Shown: positions 22,801-37,800, counted from the stretch's first letter. The stretch: 44,528 nt of DNA from Cyanophora paradoxa CCMP329 (GCA_004431415.1 QPMI01000118.1:1-44528); one strand, 5' to 3'. Numbers and translations are program-made. Notes: a model not told the origin generated them from the sequence alone.

Positions 22801-25800
22801 TTGGGTCCCGTCGGGCGAGGATGCGAGCGAGGATCCGAAGTGCCGGTTCAAGAACACCATCAAAGCGACCGAGGTTACGATCACCGTTGCGTACCCCAAG
22901 GACGACCCATCGGGTGCCGAGAGCGGAAGCACCGTGACTCTGCTCGTGCTCGTAGTAAATGGCCCCTCGGGTCAGGAGCAGGTTCTTACGCCGCACACGG
23001 ACGCCCAAAATTACAACATCACGATTGTAAACCTGCAGCCGGACACTGTGTACACGATCATCACATACTACCACGGCATCGGAACTGCCCGGTCGTTCAA
23101 TTCGAGCGTCATTGTTCGGACTGCACCGTCTCCGCCGTCTGTTGAGATCACGGACACCTCAAAGACGCACGTTTTCTTGTCGTTGGAGTACCCGCAGACA
23201 GGGGGGAGCTTCTTGAACATTGATTTGAAGAGGCGACTGCTCGCTGACACCGAGGAATGGAATCCAGTAGTTGGGTCACCTTTCCAACCTGGAACGCACA
23301 ACGACAGCGCCGGCATCCTCCCTGGCCGGTACTACTCTTACATCGGCCGAATTGTTACTGATGTGTCCGGCGTGTGCTCTGACTGGTCCACCGCGGCCTC
23401 GAACTGGACGGAGATCTATCCTCCGATCATCCACGTGGACCCTGCCAACAAGACCCTGTCCGGCCTCGGCCCCGCGGTCACGAACGAGAGCGTGCGCATC
23501 AATATTGAGTATCAGACCCTCGAGAACTGGCAGGTAGTGTCCGTGGTGTACTTGTACCGGAATCGCACGGAGGCGTCCATTGGCGATCTCGTCGTCTTTG
23601 GCCAGCCTGACCGTAGTGCGGAGCTCTCTCCGCCGACTCTCATCGACCTGACGGCGAAGCCTGGAAACCGGTACAACTACGTCGCGCGGTTTGATGGCCC
23701 AGGCGAGGTCACTTCGGACTGGTCCAACGAGATCTGGGTCACCACTCCTCCCTCGGCTCCGATCTTGAGCCTGATCTACGCCGATGACGACATTATCACC
23801 ATCGACGTGCTGCCACCCACGGACGGCAGCGCGTTCAACCCCGATGTCCCCGTCTCCATCTTTATTATTCGCGTTGTCGTTAACGAGACTGGTCGGTTCC
23901 CCTCCGACCCCATTCGAGTGGACGAGTTCGGCCCGTGGAACGACTACGGTATCAGTCCTGACTACCGTGAGCCTGCAACTCAGTTTGAATACGTGGCGTA
24001 CTTGGAGACGGCCGATCAGTTCAAGTCGCCGGAATCGAACCGCGTCGACGTCGTCACCGCGCCCACGAGGCCTATCGTTGACGCGGACTACAGCGGCGTC
24101 GTTCTTATCGACGTCCTTCCTGGGCTCATCGAGTACAGTCCGGTCAACGCGTCGGATGTGCCTTTGCAGATCGTTATGCCCGACGACGGCAGCTACGAGG
24201 TGGCGACCGCCATCGTGATCTACCGCGATGGGCTCATCGTGGAGCCTGCTCTGTCGATGGACGTGATTGACTGTAAGGACACTTCTGGGAAGAAGTGCGT
24301 GTACTGGCGGGACGCTGGCCGCTCATCGGCCACATCCTACAAGTACGCGGCCTCCTTCAAGACGGCGCAACCTCTGGTCAACTCGCTGCAGTCGGATAAC
24401 TACACGATAATCTCTGCGCCGGTCAAGCCTGTGCTGGGGGCGTACTCGACGACCACCGACCACAACGTTACGATCAGCGTCCCGTATCCGGCGGGGTCGG
24501 CAGAGAATGTCCGCAGCGCGTCCGTCATCCAAGACACCCAGTGCTTCCGCCTTAGGGTCGGGCAGGACTCGTGGGGAACCCTCGATCCTCTACTCCTCTC
24601 TGGCGGCGAGGACAAGTACACCCTGGTCGATCGCAGCGTAAAGGAAGCCGCGGCTGTCTACAAGTACAAGTGCGTTTTCCGCGGCACCCCTGGCCAGCCG
24701 ATCTACGACACGAAGAGTGTCGAGTCGGAGGCGCTGGATGTGCATCTCCGCCCGGATCCCCCGGTTCTCAGTGGAACGACTGAGAACTCCACGGCTATTA
24801 CATTGACTGCGACGACTACTGGACTGAGTGCTGATATCACCAACGGGACCCGCTTCGAGTGCAACGGCACACTCATTGTTGTGACGGTCCCTGCTTCGGA
24901 ATCCGGTGTGACCTCAACGCTCCTTGGCCAGCTCAAGCCCGGGACAGTGTACACCTGCGTCGCGATTCTGGAATCTCCGTACGGAGACTCGGCGCCGTCT
25001 GTGCCTGAGGTCATCTCTACGGACCCCGCGCTGCCCCCGACTGTTGTCTGGGCTTACAGCAGCGAGCTCGGTGGCCAGACGAACTCTACCGCCGTCTGGC
25101 TCCGGGTGGACAATGTTCCGAACCCGAACGTGCCCGACATCCAAGTTGGCCAGGTCGTCATCCTGACGGATGCCGGTGTTCTTGTCACGACCCTGACGTC
25201 GAGTCCGTGGACGTTTGTGCACGCGGGCCTGACCCAGCGCAAAGAGTACAAGTACAAGGCCTTCTACACTACCCAGGGGGCGGACTCCCTTGCTAGCTCC
25301 GTGACGAGTGCATGGACAGCTCCGGCCGCCCCGGTCGTATCGATGACGGACCGCACCCACACGAGCATCTCGCTTTCAATCACTGAGGACAACACTGGCG
25401 GCGGCGAGAGAATCACGCATACCAAGGTCGAGCGCAGGCTGTTTGATTCGGATACCTGGGCTGCGAACTCCGACTGCTCCACCGACAACCAGCTTCCAGG
25501 CAACACATGCACAGACGATAACGACCTCAGCGCCGGCACCCAGTACGTGTACAGGGCGCGCTTCCTTGGCTGGGGAGGTGCCGAGGACGTCACGGAGGGC
25601 GAATGGTCGACGCCCTTGAACGTGTATTCCGAGGTCGAGCCGCCTGTCCTCACCTGCGTCTCTGCAACAAAGGACAGCGTAACGGGCTCGATCACATACA
25701 AGAATGGCACTGAGGCAGCTACTGAAGTTCGCGTCACTCGGACTTACCCGGACTCGGATCCTACGGCGGTCTTGACGGACAGCTCTGACCCGTGGGAAAC

Positions 25801-28800
25801 ATCGTTCTCTTCCTCTTCTCTCTCATCCGGGACAGTGTACAAATTCAAGGCCGTTGTCGACGGCCTTGGCCAGTCCACATCCGCGGATTCGAACACGCTG
25901 ACGGTGCGGACGGCGCCGAGCGACCCGACTCTTTCGCTTGTGTCTGCTGTGACAAACACCGACACCGGCAAGAGCACGATCACGATTCGCGTGGAGCACC
26001 CTTCGGACAACAGCACCTCAACCGTGATCTCGACTCTTATCTATCGCGTGCCTGCGTGGACCGATGGCGACGGGGTCACTGTGCTCTTAAAGGAGGTCTC
26101 AAGTTCTTCATCCCACGATTATGTTGACGACGACGGGGTTGACGCATCCACTTCGTACACATATCATGCTCAACTGAAGATGAGCGACTTTTGCGGGACA
26201 AATGAGGACGCGGACGTCAACATCCTATCTGCAAACTCAAATGAGCTTACTGTCACGACGCCGTCCGTTGCACCAGCAGTCACGAACGGCCCATACCCGG
26301 CAACGACCTCGACCATCAGCGTGGAGATTGAGCTCCCTGTGGGGTGGGAGAAGAGCAACGGGACGGAGCTCTACCGCGACGGCGCCGGCTCCAGCCCGAT
26401 CGTGACGATCCCGCTCTCGCCGTCGAGCTGCGGGCCGTGCATTCGCAATGCGTCTCTCAGCGGATGCTGTCTCCGATTCAATGACACCGGCCTGGCCGAG
26501 GGCCGCGCGTACAACTACACGGCGCTGCTGACGGTCGACAATGGCGGGGTGCGCGTCACGTCGCCGGAGTCGGCGAAGAAGGAGCTCTGGACCGCCCTGC
26601 CTGCGCCTGTGCCGGTCATCCACGCGAACACGAACTACCCGTCGGTGACGGTGAACGTTTCCCTGCCGCTGGGGCTCGAGAGCGTCGTCGTGAGGACGGT
26701 CTGCTGGGCCAACGCGTCGGCGGTCACCTTCACCGTCTCGGGCGCGCAGTTCGTCGTTTCGAGTGAAGACGGCGCGACGGGCTACAAGGTGGACTGGGCG
26801 ACGGCGTACGTGTGGAAGTGCGTGTTCGAGGGCCAAGGGGGCACGAGAAGCGAGGTGGGCGACGTGGCGGTGACGCTGCCGCCGAAGGCCCCCGTCGTGA
26901 CGATGACGATGGTGGACTCGAACACCATCAAGGTTCACATCGAAATCGAGCACGACGCGAGCAACGTGCTTGCCGACAACTACCAGCTGACCTGCAATGA
27001 CACGAACACGGCGCGCACGGTGGCCATCGAGCGGATGGGCCTGGCGGAGGAGGTCCTCGTGTCCCTGCAGCCGAGCACGACGTACTCGTGCTGGGCGATT
27101 GCGACCTCGTGGGTGGGCCCCTCGCAGGACTCGGACACGGCGTCGGCGACGACGGACGACTCGCCGCAGCCGACCCTCACGACGACTGCCGTCAACGCGA
27201 CGGCGGTGTGGTTGGAGGTCGCGCTGCCGACGCTCGACCCCGTGGTGAATGTGGCGGGGGTGCGGATCTCCCGGGCGATGTCCAGCGCGGCGGGGAGTGA
27301 GTGGACGACGGTCGCGATGGTCCCGACGGCGGACAGCGACGGAGTGTACCGCCACGTGGACACGGGCCGCGCGCACCAGACGGATTACTGGTACAAGGCG
27401 GTGTACCTGACGCCTGCGGACTCGAAGGAGAGCGAATCGAAGCAGGCCCGCACCGGCCCGCCGGCGCCCCAGCTGTCCCTGGGCTACAAGACGGAATTCG
27501 ACCTGAGGGTGGACCTCGCGGAGACCGACCTCAACAAGCTCCGCGTCTCCGAGACGTTCCTGTTGCGCAACTCGTCGCGAGTGTGCAGCGAGGCGTCGGA
27601 CAACTGGCTCGCGTCGTGCGTTGACGGCACCGGGGCCATCAACCCGGCATCACGTACGAGTACACGGCGCAGTACGAGGGCTTGGTCTTCTACAACGGCT
27701 TGGAGCGCAATGAGAGGGGCCTGATCTCGGATCCGCTCCACGTGACGGCGCTGCTGGTGGTGAAGCCGACCATCTCGTACACGCTGGTCACCGCGACGAC
27801 CGCGAAGATCTGCGTGACGTACCCGCGAAACCTCAGCCACGCTGAGATTAAGACGACGGAGTTCTCCCGCCTGTACCTTCCGACAAGCACCCCCAACACG
27901 TTCTCCATCCCCAAGGAGGACGAGTTCGAGGACTGCATAACGCTCACGGGCCTGGAGCCGGCGACGACGTCGAACATCACGGCGTACTACACTACGACGG
28001 GGCTGAACTCGCCGACCTCGGACGTCCTCCAGGTGACGCAGGCGAGCCCGGCAGCGCCGAAGCTGTATGTGAGCTTCGAGCCGGCCTACCCGAACGCGAC
28101 GGCGGTGAAGGTCCAGGTGGTGTACCCGACCGAGCCGGCGGATCCGGAGATGCAGACTGACCCGGCCGAGGACCTCCTGCCGGTCATCAAGCGGATCGAC
28201 CTGTACCGCAACGGCTCGCTCGTTGGCTCGCAGGGCGGAGTCAGCACGTTGGACACGTACGAGTTCATCGACGACGAGCTCGCCCCTGGCCTGCTCTACT
28301 ACTACCAGGCGACGCTGTTCACGCTGTACACGAACTCGCCGAACGGGTCGGCACTGGCGGAGACGGACATCGCCGCCAAGCCCAAGATCACGGCGACGGG
28401 CATCGACCGCAACACGTCGGCGATCACGCTGGTGGTGGACCGCCCGGTGCCGGAGCAGGCGGCGGCAGTGACGATCCGCATCTACCGCGCGCCGTCGGTC
28501 GACGGGACGTACCAGGAGATTGCGGAGATCAACAGCAAGCCGGAGCCGGAGGGCCACTACGTGTACACCGACACGGCTCGCGTGGCGGGGACACAGTACT
28601 GGTACAAGGCGGACTACACGACGTCCGGCGAGCCGGACGGGATCGCCGGGAAGGACTCGGATCTGAGCGATGCGGACGGGGCGTGGACCGCGCCGTCGCC
28701 GCCGGCGTTCAGCCTGAACTCGGCCACGGTGACGGGCTCCAGCGCAGTCACTGTCAGCCTGCACATGGCGCCGTCGGTGGCGAACAGCTCCGTCACCGGC

Positions 28801-31800
28801 TTGGTGGTGTCGCGCGACAGCTTCAGCTTCAGCTGCTCGGCGCCGAGCCCGATCGGATGGTTGGGCGGGGTGGGCGGCACGGCCACGTGCGTGGACGAGG
28901 ACGCTGATCCCGCGACGACGTACACGTACACGGCGCACTACATTGGCCAGGAGGGGCTGACGAGCGAGCGCGCGCACTTCAACGTGACGACGCCACCAGA
29001 AGCACCGCTGGTCGTCAAGGGCCCGTACCGGGCGACGACCTCGACCCTCAGCGTGGAGATTGAGCTCCCTGTGGGGTGGGAGAAGAGCAACGGGACGGAG
29101 CTCTACCGCGACGGCGCCGGCTCCAGCCCGATCGTGACGATCCCGCTCTCGCCGTCGAGCTGCGGGCCGTGCATTCGCAATGCGTCTCTCAGCGGATGCT
29201 GTCTCCGATTCAATGACGCCGGCCTGGCCGAGGGCCGCGCGTACAACTACACGGCGCTGCTGACGGTCGACAATGGCGGGGTGCGCGTCACGTCGCCGGA
29301 GTCGGCGAAGAAGGAGCTCTGGACCGCCCTGCCTGCGCCTGTGCCGGTCATCCACGCGAACACGAACTACCCGTCGGTGACGGTGAACGTTTCCCTGCCG
29401 CTGGGGCTCGAGAGCGTCGTCGTGAGGACGGTCTGCTGGGCCAACGCGTCGGCGGTCACCTTCACCGTCTCGGGCGCGCAGTTCGTCGTTTCGAGTGAAG
29501 ACGGCGCGACGGGCTACAAGGTGGACTGGGCGACGGCGTACGTGTGGAAGTGCGTGTTCGAGGGCCAAGGGGGCACGAGAAGCGAGGTGGGCGACGTGGC
29601 GGTGACGCTGCCGCCGAAGGCCCCCGTCGTGACGATGACGATGGTGGACTCGAACACCATCAAGGTTCACATCGAAATCGAGCACGACGCGAGCAACGTG
29701 CTCGCTGACAACTACCAGCTGACCTGCAATGACACGAACACGGCGCGCACGGTGGCCATCGAGCGGATGGGCCTGGCGGAGGAGGTCCTCGTGTCCCTGC
29801 AGCCGAGCACGACGTACTCGTGCTGGGCGATTGCGACCTCGTGGGTGGGCCCCTCGCAGGACTCGGACACGGCGTCGGCGACGACGGACGACTCGCCGCA
29901 GCCGACCCTCACGACGACTGCCGTCAACGCGACGGCGGTGTGGTTGGAGGTCGCGCTGCCGACGCTCGACCCCGTGGTGAATGTGGCGGGGGTGCGGATC
30001 TCCCGGGCGATGTCCAGCGCGGCGGGGAGTGAGTGGACGACGGTCGCGACGGTCCCGACGGCGGACAGCGACGGAGTGTACCGCCACGTGGACACGGGCC
30101 GCGCGCACCAGACGGATTACTGGTACAAGGCGGTGTACCTGACGCCTGCGGACTCGAAGGAGAGCGAATCGAAGCAGGCCCGCACCGGCCCGCCGGCGCC
30201 CCAGCTGTCCCTGGGCTACAAGACGGAATTCGACCTGAGGGTGGACCTCGCGGAGACCGACCTCAACAAGCTCCGCGTCTCCGAGACGTTCCTGTTGCGC
30301 AACTCGTCGCGAGTGTGCAGCGAGGCGTCGGACAACTGGCTCGCGTCGTGCGTTGACGGCACCGGGGCCATCAACCCCGGCATCACGTACGAGTACACGG
30401 CGCAGTACGAGGGCTTGGTCTTCTACAACGGCTTGGAGCGCAATGAGAGGGGCCTGATCTCGGATCCGCTCCACGTGACGGCGCTGCTGGTGGTGAAGCC
30501 GACCATCTCGTACACGCTGGTCACCGCGACGACCGCGAAGATCTGTGTGACGTACCCGCGAAACCTCAGCCACGCTGAGATAAAGACGACGGAGTTCTCC
30601 CGCCTGTACCTTCCGACAAGCACCCCCAACACGTTCTCCATCCCCAAGGAGGACGAGTTCGAGGACTGCATAACGCTCACGGGCCTGGAGCCGGCGACGA
30701 CGTCGAACATCACGGCGTACTACACTACGACGGGGCTGAACTCGCCGACCTCGGACGTCCTCCAGGTGACGCAGGCGAGCCCGGCAGCGCCGAAGCTGTA
30801 TGTGAGCTTCGAGCCGGCCTACCCGAACGCGACGGCGGTGAAGGTCCAGGTGGTGTACCCGACCGAGCCGGCGGATCCGGAGATGCAGACTGACCCGGCC
30901 GAGGACCTCCTGCCGGTCATCAAGCGGATCGACCTGTACCGCAACGGCTCGCTCGTTGGCTCGCAGGGCGGAGTCAGCACGTTGGACACGTACGAGTTCA
31001 TCGACGACGAGCTCGCCCCTGGCCTGCTCTACTACTACCAGGCGACGCTGTTCACGCTGTACACGAACTCGCCGAACGGGTCGGCACTGGCGGAGACGGA
31101 CATCGCCGCCAAGCCCAAGATCACGGCGACGGGCATCGACCGCAACACGTCGGTGATCACGCTGGTGGTGGACCGCCCGGTGCCGGAGCAGGCGGCGGCA
31201 GTGACGATCCGCATCTACCGCGCGCCGTCGGTCGACGGGACGTACCAGGAGATTGCGGAGATCAACAGCAAGCCGGAGCCGGCGGGCCACTACGTGTACA
31301 CCGACACGGCTCGCGTGGCGGGGACACAGTACTGGTACAAGGCGGACTACACGACGTCCGGCGAGCCGGACGGGATCGCCGGGAAGGACTCGGATCTGAG
31401 CGATGCGGACGGGGCGTGGACCGCGCCGTCGCCGCCGGCGTTCAGCCTGAACTCGGCCACGGTGACGGGCTCCAGCGCAGTCACTGTCAGCCTGCACATG
31501 GCGCCGTCGGTGGCGAACAGCTCCGTCACCGGCTTGGTGGTGTCGCGCGACAGCTTCAGCTTCAGCTGCTCGGCGCCGAGCCCGATCGGATGGTTGGGCG
31601 GGGTGGGCGGCACGGCCACGTGCGTGGACGAGGACGCTGATCCCGCGACGACGTACACGTACACGGCGCACTACATTGGCCAGGAGGGGCTGACGAGCGA
31701 GCGCGCGCACTTCAACGTGACGACGCCACCAGAAGCACCGCTGGTCGTCAAGGCCCGTACCGGGCGACGACCTCGACCATCAGCGTGGAGATTGAGCTCC

Positions 31801-34800
31801 CTGTGGGGTGGGAGAAGAGCAACGGGACGGAGCTCTACCGCGACGGCGCCGGCTCCAGCCCGATCGTGACGATCCCGCTCTCGCCGTCGAGCTGCGGGCC
31901 GTGCATTCGCAATGCGTCTCTCAGCGGATGCTGTCTCCGATTCAACGACACCGGCCTGGCCGAGGGCCGCGCGTACAACTACACGGCGCTGCTGACGGTC
32001 GACAATGGCGGGGTGCGCGTCACGTCGCCGGAGTCGGCGAAGAAGGAGCTCTGGACCGCCCTGCCTGCGCCTGTGCCGGTCATCCACGCGAGCACGAACT
32101 ACCCGTCGGTGACGGTGAACGTTTCCCTGCCGCTGGGGCTCGAGAGCGTCGTCGTGAGGACGGTCTGCTGGGCCAACGCGTCGGCGGTCACCTTCACCGT
32201 CTCGGGCGCGCAGTTCGTCGTTTCGAGTGAAGACGGCGCGACGGGCTACAAGGTGGACTGGGCGACGGCGTACGTGTGGAAGTGCGTGTTCGAGGGCCAA
32301 GGGGGCACGAGAAGCGAGGTGGGCGACGTGGCGGTGACGCTGCCGCCGAAGGCCCCCGTCGTGACGATGACGATGGTGGACTCGAACACCATCAAGGTTC
32401 ACATCGAAATCGAGCACGACGCGAGCAACGTGCTTGCCGACAACTACCAGCTGACCTGCAATGACACGAACACGGCGCGCACGGTGGCCATCGAGCGGAT
32501 GGGCCTGGCGGAGGAGGTCCTCGTGTCCCTGCAGCCGAGCACGACGTACTCGTGCTGGGCGATTGCGACCTCGTGGGTGGGCCCTCGCAGGACTCGGACA
32601 CGGCGTCGGCGACGACGGACGACTCGCCGCAGCCGACCCTCACGACGACTGCCGTCAACGCGACGGCGGTGTGGTTGGAGGTCGCGCTGCCGACGCTCGA
32701 CCCCGTGGTGAATGTGGCGGGGGTGCGGATCTCCCGGGCGATGTCCAGCGCGGCGGGGAGTGAGTGGACGACGGTCGCGACGGTCCCGACGGCGGACAGC
32801 GACGGAGTGTACCGCCACGTGGACGCGGGCCGCGCGCACCAGACGGATTACTGGTACAAGGCGGTGTACCTGACGCCTGCGGACTCGAAGGAGAGCGAAT
32901 CGAAGCAGGCCCGCACCGGCCCGCCGGCGCCCCAGCTGTCCCTGGGCTACAAGACGGAATTCGACCTGAGGGTGGACCTCGCGGAGACCGACCTCAACAA
33001 GCTCCGCGTCTCCGAGACGTTCCTGTTGCGCAACTCGTCGCGAGTGTGCAGCGAGGCGTCGGACAACTGGCTCGCGTCGTGCGTTGACGGCACCGGGGCC
33101 ATCAACCCCGGCATCACGTACGAGTACACGGCGCAGTACGAGGGCTTGGTCTTCTACAACGGCTTGGAGCGCAATGAGAGGGGCCTGATCTCGGATCCGC
33201 TCCACGTGACGGCGCTGCTGGTGGTGAAGCCGACCATCTCGTACACGCTGGTCACCGCGACGACCGTGAAGATCTGCGTGACGTACCCGCGAAACCTCAG
33301 CCACGCTGAGATAAAGACGACGGAGTTCTCCCGCCTGTACCTTCCGACAAGCACCCCCAACACGTTCTCCATCCCCAAGGAGGACGAGTTCGAGGACTGC
33401 ATAACGCTCACGGGCCTGGAGCCGGCGACGACGTCGAACATCACGGCGTACTACACTACGACGGGCTGAACTCGCCGACCTCGGACGTCCTCCAGGTGAC
33501 GCAGGCGAGCCCGGCAGCGCCGAAGCTGTATGTGAGCTTCGAGCCGGCCTACCCGAACGCGACGGCGGTGAAGGTCCAGGTGGTGTACCCGACCGAGCCG
33601 GCGGATCCGGAGATGCAGACTGACCCGGCCGAGGACCTCCTGCCGGTCATCAAGCGGATCGACCTGTACCGCAACGGCTCGCTCGTTGGCTCGCAGGGCG
33701 CAGTCAGCACGTCGGACACGTACGAGTTCATCGACGACGAGCTCGCCCCTGGCCTGCTCTACTACTACCAGGCGACGCTGTTCACGCTGTACACGAACTC
33801 GCCGAACGGGTCGGCACTGGCGGAGACGGACATCGCCGCCAAGCCCAAGATCACGGCGACGGGCATCGACCGCAACACGTCGGCGATCACGCTGGTGGTG
33901 GACCGCCCGGTGCCGGAGCAGGCGGCGGCAGTGACGATCCGCATCTACCGCGCGCCGTCGGTCGACGGGACGTACCAGGAGATTGCGGAGATCAACAGCA
34001 AGCCGGAGCCGGAGGGCCACTACGTGTACACCGACACGGCTCGCGTGGCGGGGACGCAGTACTGGTACAAGGCGGACTACACGACGTCCGGCGAGCCGGA
34101 CGGGATCGCCGGGAAGGACTCGGATCTGAGCGATGCGGACGGGGCGTGGACCGCGCCGTCGCCGCCGGCGTTCAGCCTGAACTCGGCCACGGTGACGGGC
34201 TCCAGCGCGGTCACTGTCAGCCTGCACATGGCGCCGTCGGTGGCGAACAGCTCCGTCACCGGCTTGGTGGTGTCGCGCGACAGCTTCAGCTTCAGCTGCT
34301 CGGCGCCGAGCCCGATCGGATGGTTGGGCGGGGTGGGCGGCACGGCCACGTGCGTGGACGAGGACGCTGATCCCGCGACGACGTACACGTACACGGCGCA
34401 CTACATTGGCCAGGAGGGGCTGACGAGCGAGCGCGCGCACTTCAACGTGACGACGCCACCAGAAGCACCGCTGGTCGTCAAGGGCCCGTACCGGGCGACG
34501 ACCTCGACCATCAGCGTGGAGATTGAGCTCCCTGTGGGGTGGGAGAAGAGCAACGGGACGGAGCTCTACCGCGACGGCGCCGGCTCCAGCCCGATCGTGA
34601 CGATCCCGCTCTCGCCGTCGAGCTGCGGGCCGTGCATTCGCAATGCGTCTCTCAGCGGATGCTGTCTCCGATTCAACGACACCGGCCTGGCCGAGGGCCG
34701 CGCGTACAACTACACGGCGCTGCTGACGGTCGACAATGGCGGGGTGCGCGTCACGTCGCCGGAGTCGGCGAAGAAGGAGCTCTGGACCGCCCTGCCTGCG

Positions 34801-37800
34801 CCTGTGCCGGTCATCCACGCGAACACGAACTACCGTCGGTGACGGTGAACGTTTCCCTGCCGCTGGGGCTCGAGAGCGTCGTCGTGAGGACGGTCTGCTG
34901 GGCCAACGCGTCGGCGGTCACCTTCACCGTCTCGGGCGCGCAGTTCGTCGTTTCGAGTGAAGACGGCGCGACGGGCTACAAGGTGGACTGGGCGACGGCG
35001 TACGTGTGGAAGTGCGTGTTCGAGGGCCAAGGGGGCACGAGAAGCGAGGTGGGCGACGTGGCGGTGACGCTGCCGCCGAAGGCCCCCGTCGTGACGATGA
35101 CGATGGTGGACTCGAACACCATCAAGGTTCACATCGAAATCGAGCACGACGCGAGCAACGTGCTCGCTGACAACTACCAGCTGACCTGCAATGACACGAA
35201 CACGGCGCGCACGGTGGCCATCGAGCGGATGGGCCTGGCGGAGGAGGTCCTCGTGTCCCTGCAGCCGAGCACGACGTACTCGTGCTGGGCAATTGCGACC
35301 TCGTGGGTGGGCCCCTCGCAGGACTCGAACACGGCGTCTGTGACGACGGACGACTCTTCCAAGCCGACCCTTACGACGACTGCCGTCAACGCGACGGCGG
35401 TGTGGTTGGAGGTCGCGCTGCCGACGCTCGACCCCGTGGTGAATGTGACGGGGGTGCGGATCTCCCGGGCGATGTCCAGCGCGGCGGGGAGTGAGTGGAC
35501 GACGGTCGCGACGGTCCCGACGGCGGACAGCGACGGAGTGTACCGCCACGTGGACGCGGGCCGCGCGCACCAGACGGATTACTGGTACAAGGCGGTGTAC
35601 CTGACGCCTGCGGACTCGAAGGAGAGCGAATCGAAGCAGGCCCGCACCGGCCCGCCGGCGCCCCAGCTGTCCCTGGGCTACAAGACGGAATTCGACCTGA
35701 GGGTTGACCTCGCGGAGACCGACCTCAACAAGCTCCGCGTCTCCGAGACGTTCCTGTTGCGCAACTCGTCGCGAGTGTGCAGCGAGGCGTCGGACAACTG
35801 GCTCGCGTCGTGCGTTGACGGCACCGGGGCCATCAACCCCGGCATCACGTACGAGTACACGGCGCAGTACGAGGGCTTGGTCTTCTACAACGGCTTGGAG
35901 CGCAATGAGAGGGGCCTGATCTCGGATCCGCTCCACGTGACGGCGCTGCTGGTGGTGAAGCCGACCATCTCGTACACGCTGGTCACTGCAACGACCGCGA
36001 AGATCTGCGTGACGTACCCGCGAAACCTCAGCCACGCTGAGATCAAGACGACGGAGTTCTCCCGCCTGTACCTTCCGACAAGCACCCCCAACACGTTCTC
36101 CATCCCCAAGGAGGACGAGTTCGAGGACTGCATAACGCTCACGGGCCTGGAGCCGGCGACGACGTCGAACATCACGGCGTACTACACTACGACGGGGCTG
36201 AACTCGCCGACCTCGGACGTCCTCCAGGTGACGCAGGCGAGCCCGGCAGCGCCGAAGCTGTATGTGAGCTTCGAGCCGGCCTACCCGAACGCGACGGCGG
36301 TGAAGGTCCAGGTGGTGTACCCGACCGAGCCGGCAGATCTGGAGATGCAGACTGACCCGGCCGAGGACCTCCTGCCGGTCATCAAGCGGATCGACCTGTA
36401 CCGCAACGGCTCGCTCGTTGGCTCGCAGGGCGCAGTCAGCACGTTGGACACGTACGAGTTCATCGACGCCGAGCTCGCCCCTGGCCTGCTCTACTACTAC
36501 CAGGCGACGCTGTTCACGCTGTACACGAACTCGCCGAACGGGTCGGCACTGGCGGAGACGGACATCGCCGCCAAGCCCAAGATCACGGCGACGGGCATCG
36601 ACCGCAACACGTCGGCGATCACGCTGGTGGTGGACCGCCCGGTGCCGGAGCAGGCGGCGGCTGTGACGATCCGCATTTACCGCGCGCCGTCGGTCGACGG
36701 GACGTACCAGGAGATTGCGGAGATCAACAGCAAGCCGGAGCCGGCGGGCCACTACGTGTACACCGACACGGCTCGCGTGGCGGGGACGCAGTACTGGTAC
36801 AAGGCGGACTACACGACGTCCGGCGAGCCGGACGGGATCGCCGGGAAGGACTCGGATCTGAGCGATGCGGACGGGGCGTGGACCGCGCCGTCGCCGCCGG
36901 CGTTCAGCCTGAACTCGGCCACGGTGACGGGCTCCGGCGCAGTCACTGTCAGCCTGCACATGGCGCCGTCGGTGGCGAACAGCTCCGTCACCGGCTTGGT
37001 GGTGTCGCGCGACAGCTTCAGCTTCAGCTGCTCGGCGCCGAACCCGATCGGATGGTTGGGCGGGGTGGGCGGCACGGCCACGTGCGTGGACGAGGACGCT
37101 GATCCCGCGACTTTGTACACGTACACGGCGCACTACATTGGCCAGGAGGGGCTGACGAGCGAGCGCTCGCACTTCAACGTGACGACGCCACCAGAAGCAC
37201 CGCTGGTCGTCAAGGGCCCGTACCGGGCGACGACCTCGACCATCAGCGTGGAGATTGAGCTCCCTGTGGGGTGGGAGAAGAGCAACGGGACGGAGCTCTA
37301 CCGCGACGGCGCCGGCTCCAGCCCGATCGTGACGATCCCGCTCTCGCCGTCGAGCTGCGGGCCGTGCATTCGCAATGCGTCTCTCAGCGGATGCTGTCTC
37401 CGATTCAACGACACCGGCCTGGCCGAGGGCCATGTGTACAACTACACGGCGCTGCTGACGGTCGACAATGGCGGGGTGCGCGTCACGTCGCCGGAGTCGG
37501 CGAAGAAGGAGCTCTGGACCGCCCTGCCTGCGCCTGTGCCGGTCATCCACGCGAACACGAACTACCCGTCGGTGACGGTGAACGTTTCCCTGCCGCTGGG
37601 GCTCGAGAGCGTCGTCGTGAGGACGGTCTGCTGGGCCAACGCGTCGGCGGTCACCTTCACCGTCTCGGGCGCGCAGTTCGTCGTTTCGAGTGAAGACGGC
37701 GCGACGGGCTACAAGGTGGACTGGGCGACGGCGTACGTGTGGAAGTGCGTGTTCGAGGGCCAAGGGGGCACGAGAAGCGAGGTGGGCGACGTGGCGGTGA

